Of a stretch of DNA of 64,000 nt, positions 50,185 to 62,261 are shown piece by piece (positions within the stretch are counted from its first letter, which is position 1; every line of letters begins with the position of its first letter). The notes under the pieces are model-generated. The model did no database searches and had not been told where the DNA came from. It saw only the letters and a list, made by a program, of their open reading frames with translations. The stretch spans positions 60,946,001 through 61,010,000 of the forward strand of contig JANJGN010000008.1 of NCBI GenBank assembly GCA_026770705.1. Reading direction: 5' to 3'. The position numbers were made by a program, and so were the translations under genes. This DNA is from Isurus oxyrinchus. Its lineage: Eukaryota.

Positions 50185-51137
50185 TATCATTTACAATTTA
50201 TGTTAAGGACTTGGGTGAAGGGGCAGGGTGTATTGTGGCCAAATTTGCTTACAATACAAAGATAGATGGAACATCCCATTGGGAGGAGGATGCAAAGAGT
50301 CTGCAAAGGGATATAGATAGGTTGAGCGGGCAAAAATTTGGCAGATGGAGTATGATGTGGGAAAATGTGAGGTTATCCATTTTGGTAGGAAAAATAGAAA
50401 AACAAACTATTATTTAAATGGAGAGAGACTTCAGAATGCCCCAGTGCAGAAGGATCTGAATTTCCTTATACATGAATCACAAAAAAGTTATGATGCAGGA
50501 ACCACAAATAATTAGGAAGACAAATGGAATGTTGGCCAATTTTGCAAGGGGGAGTGAATTATAAAAGTGGGGAAGTCTTGCTACCTGAACAGGGTATTAG
50601 CGCGACCAGAGCTAGAGTACTGCAGACAGTTTTGGTCTCCTTATTTGAGGACAAATATACTTGCATTTGAGGCAGTTCAGAGAGGTTTTGCTAGGTTGAT
50701 TCCTGGGATGAAGGGATTGTTTTATGAGGAAAGTTTGAGCAGATGGGGCCTGGTTGAGGGATGATCTTAATGAAATATATAAGATTCTGAGGGGGCTTGA
50801 CAGGGTAAATGTTGAGAAAATGTTTTTCCTTGTGAGGGAACCTAGAACTAAAGGGTACAGTTTCAAGATAAAGGGGGTCTCAATAATATGGGGATGAGCA
50901 GGAATTTCTTCTCTCAGAGGGTCATTAATCTTCTCTACCCCAATAGGGATGAGCAATAAATGCTGGCTAGCCAATGACACCCACATCCCATGAATAAATT
51001 TTAAAAAAACATTCAAAGTTGAGTTACATTTATTTTTGATCTATAAGGGACTTTATGTTATGGTGAGATAGGAAGGAAAGTGGAGTTGAGGCCATGATCA
51101 GATGGCCTACTCCTCCCTATTCCTCCTCTTTCTTATG
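50185..51137 (+). mobile_element. Decayed CR1 3' half
   Basis: FTIYVKDLGEG..VAKFAYNTKI; RPELEYCRQFWSPYLR; tail cttatgtt. Confidence 0.8.
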
Positions 51138-52019
51138 TTAATACATTCTTATGTTCTTACTGAAACAATCCTGCCATATGAAATGTGACAAGAGTATTGT
51201 TGGCATGCTGAAACAGCTCAGCTTTGGCTGACCTGGAAGAGCCCAATGGTACTTGGCAGAGCAAGTGTCAAGATCCGTGGTCTGCTGCATGTTGTACAAC
51301 TTTGCCATCATGAGGCAATAGCCCTGTCCACATAAAACAATGATGAACATTAGATGTGATTCTGCGATTGGACATTTACTAAATAATTCTCAGTGTTAAG
51401 AATTACACTGACAAGCAATTTAAGATCATCAGTTAGGCTTGCAGTGTGGTGCATGTGTGTGTACCAGAAACCACATATATTAATACACGGAGCCCTGTTC
51501 TTTGCAGAGAGAACAAACATGTACACACATTGCGTCTGTTCCAGCTAAACAAAATGAATGACAGCCATTTGCTGACTCATTCCTCAGGGCAATGCCTTAA
51601 CCAATCAGGGTCAAGCTGCCTAGTTTAAATTTCAAACAATGCTTGGCAGTTGGCTGTCAGTCACCATCACTGGTGCATTCTCCATGGCAACACCTCTACC
51701 AATCAGAGTCCACTTGCCAACTCTTTACATACAGTATAAATTGTTTGGACATTGTTTTGTGTCCAACATTAGATGTGATTCCGCGATTGGACAACAATTG
51801 CCAAATAATCCTAAGTGTGCTAAGAATTATGCTGACAACCAATTTAAGATTATCAGTTGGGTTTGCAGTGTGGCGCATATGTGTATACTGGAAGCTACAT
51901 ATATTAATACACAGGGCCCTGATCTTTGCAGACAGAAAGAACATGTACTCACATTGCGCATATTTCAGCTAAACAAAATAAATGACAACCATTTGCTGAC
52001 TAATTCCTCAGGGAAATGC

Positions 52020-52176
52020 CTTGACCAATCAAGATCAAGCTGCATAGTTTAAATTTCAAACAATGCTTGGCAGTTAACTGTCAATCACCATCACTGGAGC
52101 ATTTTCCATGGCTACGCCTCTACTAAACAGAGTCCACTTGCCAACCAACCAGCACTCTCTTCATGTACAGTATAAA
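52020..52176 (+). promoter_or_regulatory. Putative pLTR promoter (CCAAT boxes plus TATAAA at 52171)
   Basis: ccaatca motifs followed by gTATAAAtt; the same arrangement occurs at 27531-27563 and 51601-51740. Confidence 0.45.
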
Positions 52177-52212
52177 TTTGTTGTTTTTCCCTTGTGCTGG
52201 TATTCTTGTGAA

Positions 52213-52248
52213 GTGTCCTGATGAGTGCAAGATGAAAAGCTTCGACAT
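52213..52248 (+). ncRNA. Minimal type-I hammerhead ribozyme motif, best-preserved copy
   Basis: GTGTC-CTGATGA-GT(gcaag)AT-GAAA-AGC-TTC-GACAT: stem I 5 bp, full catalytic core, 2-bp stem II, palindromic stem III AAGCTT, UUC cleavage triplet. Confidence 0.75.
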
Positions 52249-53170
52249 GTTCCTTTTTTCAGCAATTCTCAAGTTCTGTACTATCAAATGATCAATTTAA
52301 GAGTGGGATGATCTGCTCCCAATCTGGGCAAACATTGGTTCCACTGTCAAAATTTTTGGAATTCATTTTTTGGGTGACCCCAACTTAAACTGGGAGCCTG
52401 ATGTCTGTTCAAGCATCCTTTATGCACATTCATCACCAATGAAAGAGTCTTTTTCAGCAGCCAATGAAATTTCTAAAGAAAGTTAAGTGATTGACGCAGA
52501 CAAAATGACACTGCTGCACTGTGAATCTGCTACTTGAATGAGATTCTTCATTCATGCCCAGACACACAGTGACACATAATGAAAGCCCCACATCCCAGTA
52601 CGAATGTTAAGCCTGTCTGGCAGAAGCCTCCAGGGGGTATTTCTAATACCTAGTCACTGACTAAAATCAGGCTTTGCTTAGTGTTTTATAGAAGTTTTCT
52701 TTTACATATTCCTTATGTATTTACCTGCATCGATTTGTTTAACCATTTTGAAAAAAATTCTTTGTTGTGGTATATTGGGAAAAAATAAATTGTGTGATGA
52801 TTAGGAAAAGGACCAAAGAGGAGCTGGGGACTTTCTTTTCTGCAGCCAGTTATGATTTGGACTGCATTGTCTGAAAAGTTGGTTGATGCAGATTCAATGG
52901 TAACTTTCACAAGGGAATTGGATGTACGCAGTGTTTGAAATGGAACAATTTACTGGTTTATAGGGAAATTTATATGTTTCCTCCATGCATGCTGATTGAT
53001 CTGCTATTGTTTTCAGCACTTTCTGTGTTTTACTCCACAAAAATCATGAAGCCAACATGATATTAAAAATATATTGGGGCCCATTTTCACTTTCAATGCG
53101 GGAAGAAAGGTTTGATTGTATTAGCCGACCATTGTTATTGACTGTAACGGAAATGAAAGTTGGATGCACT

Positions 53171-53927
53171 TGTCATGAAGCTATTAATGTGTATATTATT
53201 TTGGAAAATATTTTTCTTTTAAAATAGAGGCTAGTCTATGAGTATGTCTTAATTGGATTAAAGCCAGTTAGTCTGGGTGCTTTGATGCACTAGTTTGAGA
53301 TGTAAACAGGGAGCATTTGCATTTTTTGAATACAGCATTCAAGAAATGGGGTGAAAACTTGATGCCTTTCTAGCAGATACCAAGCTATATGTTTATATTA
53401 CTAATAAAACTGGTACTATGAAAGGGGTTTCATTATTAAAAGGTAAAGTTCAAAGAAACTGGTGATACAATGGGAATTTGAATTCAATCGATGGCGGTAA
53501 ATATAACTTCAGTAGTTTTCAGGTGTGCAGAACAGAGGCAATGTAAGATCAAAAGGCAGCTGCAAGCCTCCAACTGGCTCCACAGTGAAAAGAACCTCAT
53601 TTTTGAAGTCATAAGGTGAAAATGCTTTGCCTGGTATTTCGGTTATGTCTATGGGTTGTTGCTGCCTTAATGGAGATTAGTCTGGGGATTTGATAAAAGT
53701 TATGATAGTAGTTATTTGTAGCCATGTGTACATATATTTTAACCTGTGTAAATTAATAAAATGTCTCAATTAGTTAATGTCAAGCCTCGAGAACTAATGG
53801 TCTGATTCTTGAATTTAGAGTCGTATCTCAAACATAACACTTAAAATTATAGGTTATGACAGTTGTTTAAAGTTTCCCTCTGGGATTTTTAAATAACTCC
53901 GCTTTACCGACTGCATGGGTCATAACA
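53171..53927 (+). mobile_element. Solo LTR, 757 bp
   Basis: TGTCATGA...TCATAACA termini; perfect 5-bp TSD GCACT; AATAAA at about 53755. Confidence 0.8.
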
Positions 53928-56324
53928 GCACTGTATAATGGGAGGCAGATTCACAAGGCTGTTTTTCCAGCTTTGCTGAATGTTACAAGTACCCCCATTT
54001 TAACTGAAACCAAAAATCCCTTCCAGGCCAACTGGGCAAAAAAAAACTTGAATGAATACTGTAGCTATTTATTTATAACCTTCTATTCAATTGTACTAAG
54101 AATCAATCAGAGAAGTTACACTGTAAGCTGAGTGGGTTCAGCTAAACTTTCGTCCATTTAGAAATGATTTGGTATTTTTGAAGCTGGAAGTCAGAAGAAG
54201 ATATTGATATTATTGTTGGAGGTAACAAGAGCTTAGTAGATTCTCATGAAGACAGGCAGAGCAAAATAAAGCAAAAGTTGTGGCAAGTGTGCTGATAGTT
54301 GCTTAAGGCATTCTTTGTCTACCAGGTCTTTCAACTTGCAAACAGCAACAGCAACTACGAAGATCTGCAGAAAAAAAAATGTCAGCACGAAGAGTGCAAA
54401 CCTCCTAGGAAGAGATAACAAATGCTTAAAGTAAACACATGAGCAATAGAAATACTGTTGTTGCTTTGGGTTCCAATGAATTGTGCAGAGCTTGTTTACA
54501 ATAATCTGATTTACAGCTGGTTTGTAGAAGTACAAATATGTTTTGTTACTAAAGTTACAGATGTGCTCCATTATCGATGTAGCCAGCCTACCAACAAGAC
54601 TTAATGTGATCTTTCTTTTAACGTGTACTTTCGCAACAGCAAGTAGTGAAAGAAACTCTGCAAGGTAAACAATACATTGTCCAGTACCTGCTGCGCTGTT
54701 TACAAGGATTATGAAAGTCCCAAATGCAAAAATGTCTCTTTTAGCTCCATAGTGACTCCCTATTACCTTTCTATCCCCTCCCTCATTGCATGAATGATCT
54801 CCAACAGCCAAGCAAAGAACTGGATCGTTAAGTTACAGAATATTACTTGACCATTGAAGACTGGCACTCATATGGCAGCCAGCAGCAAATTTGTTATTTA
54901 ATCTTTGTGGATTCAACTAAACTTTTATGCATTTAAGGGTTTTTTGGGTGTGGCAGTGAGAAGAAAATAATTATATAATACTAATAATATTATTGAAGAT
55001 AGGAAGTGTTTAGGATGTTTGGCTTCTCCATTAAGCCAGGGGTGTCACAGTCCAGTTGCTGACATACTTGATGGTCCCAGTAGCTGGATCTTATGTGCTG
55101 AGGGTCAACTCATTTGTCTGGATGTGTGGCAGATCAGGAGGTCCAGTTCTAATGACATCACATTGGGAGATTATTGCTATCCCACATGGAAAGTTGAAGA
55201 AATCTCAATGGGTTAGGTGTGTATATGAATGTAGATTAACTTTTGTTGTTTATTGGCCGCAAAATTGAACAAATTCAAAAAATTGATGAGGGAGGAGTTT
55301 GGCGATGTGTCCATTGATCCTGTGCCCATTGCTTCCAATGCATGCAGCACACCGATTTTGCTGCCTGCTAATTTAAATTATTGTACCATGCAGCAATGCT
55401 AAACACACTGTTGAGTGGCTGTGTATCTAAGCATAAGGCGCAAAGGAGTGAGGGGCAACACAAGCCAAAGCTATCCCACACGAATTGAAGCCCACCTGTA
55501 CCTCTTAAAGAGATATATTCTGGCTGGAGTAGGTGCTGAAAATCATTCAACAACCGATCTGACCTTAGGAAAACAGAAGAACATGGCAGAGAGCAAAATT
55601 CCAGGATTTTCCAACACTGCACAGGATGCCTTGGTGTAGGAGATGGAATGAAGGGAAATGTCATCTATTGACAGGGACCAGGAGGCCCTCCAGACCAACT
55701 TTATGAAAGAAATGGGACCAGATAGTTGTGGCAGTCAATCCAGAAGTCTAGACCTGCGGGACAGGATATGATGCAAAAATGTTCAATAACTTCAGGATTC
55801 ATCAAGATCGGTGAATGCATCTCTAAAAGCATAACCTACCATCTGCACCCTCACATTCAGACACAGCTCAATGCACCACACACCCATCACTCACCTACCA
55901 CCAATATCTATCAAGCATGACTTATACCTCATATTCAAAGCTTCATTTCAGCTTCACACGCTTAGCACTGCAATAAGTCTCATATCCATATCTCACAGCT
56001 TGCAGGCACTGCAGCTCTTGGAGTATGACAGCTACATCTCACAAAAACATTGTACCACACTTAATGAAAAACTTTTCTTACAGGACAGATGGCACATAAC
56101 CAGATGTAGCAGTACTAATAATCAGGGGGCAGGTAGGGCAGCATATCCTTAGTCTGATGGAAGAGACAGTGATCGCCATCATTGGAGGAACCATGATTGA
56201 GGCAGTGACTAGTGAAAAAGTATTTTGTGTCTGTCAGTAGAAGACACATTATATTCCAGAAGTAAAGGGTACTAAGAGGCTAATAAGATTGAGGAACTTA
56301 AATTAATTAATATCAGCAGAAAAG

Positions 56325-58670
56325 AAAGACTTACATTTAAGTGGTGCTTTTCATGACCACCAGATGTCTCAAAGCACTTTACAGCCAATGAAGCACTGTT
56401 GAAGTGTAGCCATTCTTGCATTGGAAATTACACAAAAAATAGTGAGGGCCAGTTGGGATATTGAAAAAAATTAATCTCGAGTAGAATTTCAAAAATGCTT
56501 AGATTCATTGCAACTTATTTCTTCAAAAAAGTATCTTGGTATGTAAAACACAAAAAATTATTTATAAAAAATGATTTATAAAAGATATGCACAGTATGCC
56601 AAGTGTACAGTTACTAATATGTTTAATATCTTACTAACTGCTAATAACTTAATACATCTTTTTACTTACCAACTGTTCTCCTCCTCTCCCACTTGCCAAC
56701 CCTCCCACCTCCCACTGGCTGACCCTCATATTTGTTGCTTCTCTCCCGCTCGCTGACTCTCTGACTCAATGATCCTCCCTCACACACACCACTTCCCTCT
56801 CCCAAGCCTTCACTGTGACTAAGGGTTGGAAAGAACAGGAGTGAAAGTGAAATAGTGAGAAGGGCTGTGGACAGGAGGGAGGCGGTGAGCAGGGGCATCG
56901 ATGAGCAGGGAGTTTGGTATGCAGGCTGCAGAAATAACAAGGGTGGGCTGGCACTATTGTAATTTAGGAAATGTGGCAGTCAATTTGCGCACATAAAACT
57001 CCTGCAAAAAGCAATGTGATAACCAAATAATCTGTTTTTGTGATGTAGATTGAGGGATGAATATATGCCAGGACACCAGGAAGAACATCCCTGCAATCTT
57101 CAAAATAACGTCATATTCTTTACAGCAACCTGAGAGGGCAGACTGGGCATCATGTTAGGAAATAGGGATAGTTTAATTAAATTATATTGGTATTTGTAAG
57201 TGTTAGGAATTAGTTTTAGCTCTAATGTTTAAGTTTATTTATATTTCTGTATCTGTGCATTAAGAAAAGGTCAAGTTGAGCTTTAGTTTCACTTTAAAGG
57301 GCACCTGCATTTCTAATGAGAGTTTACGACTGTAAGAGAAGTTAAGCAAACACAACAGTAGAAAAAATAGGCTGTTGCCTAGCAACAGGGGACCAGAGAG
57401 GCAGGTCCCTCCCACAGACACACACAGAAACTAGAAACAACAGTTTTTGAGTTCAGTTTTGAAGACAGCTGCCAGCCAGAAGCTGCCTAGAAGGGACAGA
57501 TAACCAGTTCCAAGCTAAAATTGGTTGAAAGTAGTTGCCAAAGAGAGACTGGAAAAAAAGGGGACAGATAAACAGTCCAAAGCTAAAGAAGAAAGTCCCC
57601 AAATCCAGGGAAATGGAACAGGAGAAAGTCCTAAGCAGACCTTCTAGTCAAAGGAAGGACAGGAACCCAGAAAAGGTCCTGTTAAGTGAAGTTAAGAGTG
57701 AGGGGCAGGGAAAGGCTTCAAGCTTAAAGCAGAAAGCAGAGTCAAAGTGATATAAGGTTTATGAGAAGTCAGAAGGTCCAAAGAGGTAATTGAAGTTCTG
57801 TAACTCTTTGCTATGGATATTTGAAGCACTGATGTACTGTTGACAGCTGAGTCATGAGAAAGAGAGAGAGCGTGGAAGAAAGATTGAATGCATGTAGTGA
57901 CCCAAGGGAGAATAATATTGGAAGGAGAGTTCGAAACTTTGGAGGTGAACCCTTGTGGAAGGCGCCTGAGAGAAAGCATCAGTTTGGGCAAAGATCTCAA
58001 GGCGAATTCTTGGAAAGTGGAGGTTGGAAATCCTCGTGTGAAAGACGGAGTTAAGTGAGACAGGTTGGCTTACGGTGTGACAAACATCTGTGGGGAGTTG
58101 ATGAGAGATCTATAGCATCTAGCTGAGGTGGCATCTGTCACTTGGTTTCAGAGTGTAGTGTGTCTGACCACAGGTTGCCAATTGGTTTACATGGACTGTA
58201 CTTACTGTGAAAACATTAGAGTATAAGATAGCTTTTGTAACTTGTGTTTTCCTTACAAATCTGTATATATGTGTAAAGATATAGTTGTAGGTGAAGAACT
58301 ATTGTAATATAGTTAATCTTTTCTTGTTTAATAAATGTTTTATGCTTTTGTTAAAATTCCATTAGCTGACTCTAGTGACTCTGTTCAGTAGCCCCTCTCC
58401 ACGTATCTAAATGAACAAATAAAAGTTAGGACCTATCAAGTTGGGTTCCACCCTGGGATCAGGCTTGTCCAGTGGTAATCACAGCTGGGGATCATAACAT
58501 TCAGCTTAACATCACATCCAAAAGACTGCACCTCCAACAGTGCAGCATGCCCTCAGTTGTGCACTGGAGCATTAGCCTTGCTCTTTTTGCTCAAGTTCTT
58601 GAGTGGGACTTGAACTTGGAAGCTTCTACCACAGAGGTGAAGATGTTACCAACAGACCCACAACTGACAA
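56325..58670 (-). mobile_element. SacSINE1-like DeuSINE in three pieces (56325-56422, 56952-57152, 58500-58670)
   Basis: tRNA-like head with B box at about 58600-58670; cacctgagagggcagac..ttaacatcacatccaaaagac.gcacctcc; tail aaagcactttacagccaatgaag. Family recognised from memory. Confidence 0.65.
57153..58499 (+). mobile_element. Solo LTR of about 1.35 kb inserted in the SINE
   Basis: TGTTAGGA...TCATAACA termini; flanks ATCA/TTCA (4-bp TSD, 1 mismatch); internal repeat aagggacagataa; AATAAA near the 3' end. Confidence 0.75.
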
Positions 58671-59024
58671 TATGATGAAGAGTGTTGGAGAAACCCTAGA
58701 GGCTAAAAGCTGACAAATCTTCAAGCTCTAGTGGCCTACTTTCAGCTTTCTAAAGGAGATAGCTGCAGGTATAGTGCATACACTGGCTCTGACTTTACAA
58801 AATTCTTTAGATTCTAGAATGTTCCCAGTGGATTGGAAGTTAGCAAGTGTAATACTGCTATTCAAAAAAGGAAGGAGAGAGAAAATAGGAAACTAGATGC
58901 AAGTTAGCTTGGCATTAGTTGTGAGGAAAATTCTGGAATCTATTATTAAGGAAGTATTAACAATCCACTTAGAAAATCATGGTATTATCAGACAGAGTCA
59001 ACATGGTTATGCATAAGGGAAATT

Positions 59025-59567
59025 GCTGAAAAAAGAGGTGCGTCTAAGCTTTTTTGTCTTGCACTCATCAGGACACTTGCAAGAATACCAATGTAAGGAG
59101 AAAAATAACAATTTATATTGTATGTGAAGAGGGTGCTGCTGGTTGGCAAGCGGGGTTGCCATGGAGAATGCACCACGGAGGGCGACTGACAGTTAACTGC
59201 AAAGCATTGTTTGAAATTTAATCAGGTAGTTTAACCCTGCCTCAAGTCATTGTCCTGAGAATGAGTAGGTGAATGGCTGTCACTCATTTTGTTTAGCTGA
59301 AACAGGTGCAGTATATATGCATGTTTTTTTCTGTCTGCAAAGATCAGGACCCTGTGAATTAATATTTGTATCTTCCAGTACATGCAAATGCAATCCCGAC
59401 TGACAACCTTTAATTGGTTGTCAGTGTAATTCTTAGCACAATGGACGACATTTGCTAAATAATCCTCAATCGGGGAATCACATCTAATGTGATTCCACTG
59501 TGTTTTGAATTTTGTAAGCACAGGCTGGTTGGGCACAGTCTGTACCCTGCCTGTTGTGAGCAGATAA
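59025..59567 (-). mobile_element. Penelope-like 3' fragment inserted in CR1 with 10-bp TSD
   Basis: IRCDSPIEDYLANVVHCAKNYTDNQLKVVSR homologous to 51765+; TSD AAGGGAAATT at 59015-59024 and 59568-59577. Confidence 0.8.
59040..59076 (-). ncRNA. Minimal hammerhead motif with G12 lost
   Basis: GTGTC-CTGATGA-GT(gcaag)AC-AAAAAAGC-TTA-GACGC; GAAA>AAAA is consistent with CpG decay. Confidence 0.55.
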
Positions 59568-61529
59568 AAGGGAAATTATGTTTAACAAATTTGAGGATGT
59601 AACTAGTTAGGTACAAAAAGGAAATTGATAGATGTAGTATACTTGGATTTCCGAAAGGCATTTGATAAAGTGCTGCACATAAAGCTAATTTGCAAGATAA
59701 AGGGATAATGTATTGGCATGAATATAGGTTTAATTAATGGACAGAGGGCAGAGTAGGGATAAATGGGACATTTTCAAGTTGGCCGGTTGTAACTAGCGGA
59801 GCGCCACAAGGATCAGTGCTGGGGCTATTTACAATTTATGTTAATGACTTGGGCTAAGAGACCTAGAGTAATGCATTTAAATTTGTTTATAATGTAAAGC
59901 TAGGTGGGAATGTAAGTCATGAGGAGGACACAAAGAGACTGCAAAGACACAGGTTAAGTGAGTGGACAGCAAAGTGGGGAAATGTGGGGAAGCGTGAGGC
60001 TCTTCATTTTGGTAGAAAGAATAGAAAAACAGAACACTTTTTCAAAAAGACAAGAACCTTCTAAATGTTGATGTTCAGAGAGACTTAGGTGCACTTGTAC
60101 AAGGAACACTAAAAGGTAGCATGAAGATACAGAAAGCAGTTAGGAAGGTAAATAGCATATTGGTCATTATTGCAATAATAAGGAAGTCTTAGGCTACAAT
60201 TATATAGGACTTTGGTGACACCACACCTGGAATACTGTGCTCGGACTTGGCCTCCATATCTAAAGAAGGACATACTTACTTTGGACCAGTACAGCAAAGG
60301 TTCATTAAATTGGTGTCTGGGATGAGAATGTTGGACTATGCTGAGAAGATGAGTAAATAAGGCTTTTACTCTCTGGAATTCAGAAGAATGAGAGGTCATT
60401 GGAAAATACAAGATTCTAAAAAATGCTTAACAGAGTAAGCACTTGCTTCTCCTGGCTGGGGAATCTAGAACACAGGGCATAGTCTCAAGATTACGAGTTC
60501 ATCATTTAGGACTGAGATGAAGAGAAATTTCTTTACTCAGACAATTGTGGAAGCTCCATTGTTGAATATTTAAATCTGAGACAGACAGACTTTTGGTCTG
60601 CTGGGGAAAAAGGGATATGGGGAGCAGATAGGAGAGTGGAGTTGAGGTCAAAGATCAACTGTAATCATATTGAATGGTGGAGCAGACTCAAAGCCCATAT
60701 GGTCTACTCCTGCTTCTTTTTCTTATGTTTTTATGTAATATGGTTAAACCTCCTTCTCACTTTCCACTTCCCTTTCAGTGTCCTTTGACTTGAAAACTGC
60801 AGATGGTGTAGGCATGCATCTTTCACTTCCCCCTCACTCATCACACCCTTACCCTGTGCCTTTCTCCTTTCGGATACCCAAGAACTGCAACCTGGCTTGG
60901 TGGAAGAGAAAGAGGTAGAAGATTGGGAAATCAGTGGTGAAAAAGAAGCACTGCCACCCATTCTTATACTTGCAGATATAGACACTGGGCATACTTTGGA
61001 GGATAGTTTAGAGGTGAGATCTGCACATGATGAGACACCAGGATGCATGGCCTGTAGCTGGGTAAGGTGGAAAGGTAACAATCATGCTAGAGGGAAAGGC
61101 AATACACAAGTTATGCTGCAGAGGGTTCTGATGAGCAATTTAATGGGGCCAACTACAGAACAAGGCTGGTGGATACGTAAGCCTGCATAAAGCTTGCTGT
61201 CAATGTGAATAGAGATGTGCAGCTCTAACTTGGCACCAGGCTTTGCGCAGAGCTTGGAGCCTATCCTTGGCAGCGTGGAAGTGGTGACCAACTCCATTAG
61301 CATACTCGAAGATTCATTCATGTGCAGTGTCTGATGGTCAGTTTCCATTGTGGTACAAGTAGAAGCCATCAAATGTCTGGGTGCTGCAGTGAAAGCTCAG
61401 AATCATCCTCCAAGACCATCTGCATTCTCCCCCATTGAAAGTCAACAACCTTTCACCAGCTGTGATGCATCCATTAGGGTAGAGCACTGCATGGCATCAC
61501 TAGGGAAGGCAAACGAACAATGCACAAAA

Positions 61530-61765
61530 ATAAAAACAAAAAAAAAAACTGCGGATGCTGGAAATCCAAAACAAAAACAGAATTACCTGGAAAAACTCAG
61601 CAGGTCTGGCAGCATCGGCAGAGAAGAAAAGAGTTGACGTTTTGAGTCCTCATGACCCTTCGACAGAACCAGTCGAAGGGTCATGAGGACTCGAAATGTC
61701 AACTCTTTTCTTCTCCGCCGATGCTGCCAGACCTGCTGAGTTTTTCCAGGTAATTCTGTTTTTGT
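61530..61765 (-). mobile_element. Fold-back Penelope-type pLTR insertion: about 94-bp arms plus 41-bp tail, 11-bp TSD
   Basis: Arms about 61571-61664 and 61673-61765 around a short loop; TSD AATGCACAAAA at 61519-61529 and 61766-61776; hammerhead-like motif in each arm. Confidence 0.75.
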
Positions 61766-62261
61766 AATGCACAAAATGGATCATTTGACCTTTGTAAGCA
61801 ATATGACATAGTTTGGTTTATAGTTGGTTTGAAATATTCATTTTGAGGTCACATTTATTTTCACATTGTGGCCAAGCTCACATTGTGATCATTTAACATC
61901 AGAGGGATGAGAAAGTGTGGGACTGTTGGCGAATGGGGAGTTGGATTCACATTTACTTATATCACAGTCAGATGACTCAATCATGGATAACTTAGCTAGA
62001 AAGATGCTGCACTGGTTGCCCCCTTCCTTCCTCATCCTCTTCCTCCTCCTTCTCCTCAGCTGGTTACTGTACAGCTGTTGGAAAGGGCTGTGTCCTCATG
62101 GTGGCAAGGTTCAACAACATGCAGCAAACCACCATAAACCATGACACACACTCTGAGTACTGCAAGGCTCCCCCAGAGCATTCCAAGCAGTGGAAGCATT
62201 GTTTCAGTGCACAAACGGTCTGCTCTAATACTTTTTAGTGGCAGCTTGGCTTTTGCATTAT

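Larger units (their letters stand above)
51346..52292 (+). mobile_element. Partial tandem of Penelope-like element 3' ends (GIY-YIG C-terminus plus pLTR), about 420-bp unit twice
   Basis: Units start aacattagatgtgattc at about 51346 and 51765; IRCDSAIGQ.L.NNP.CAKNY.DNQFKIIS....AH..ILEATYI...GP.LCRQKE matches the Penelope GIY-YIG endonuclease C-terminus; hammerhead at 52213. Confidence 0.8.
56215..60733 (+). mobile_element. Decayed CR1 (56215-56322, 58676-59024, 59578-60733) hosting SINE, LTR and Penelope insertions
   Basis: YLDFRKAFDKV; SGAPQGSVLG; LVTPHLEYCARTWPPYLKKDI; tail tcttatgtttttatg. Confidence 0.75.
55270..62240 (+). mobile_element. Decayed Harbinger (Myb gene on +) split by a CR1 nest
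   Basis: Myb exon 1 from about 55583 (SKIPGFSNTAQDALV; QDMMQKCS), exon 2 about 56084 (MAHN..), later exons 60780-61500. Confidence 0.55.

Noticed and set aside
58600-58670. tRNA gene (also 42700-42770)
   Set aside because: A/B-box heads are attached to SINE bodies and no cloverleaf is evident.
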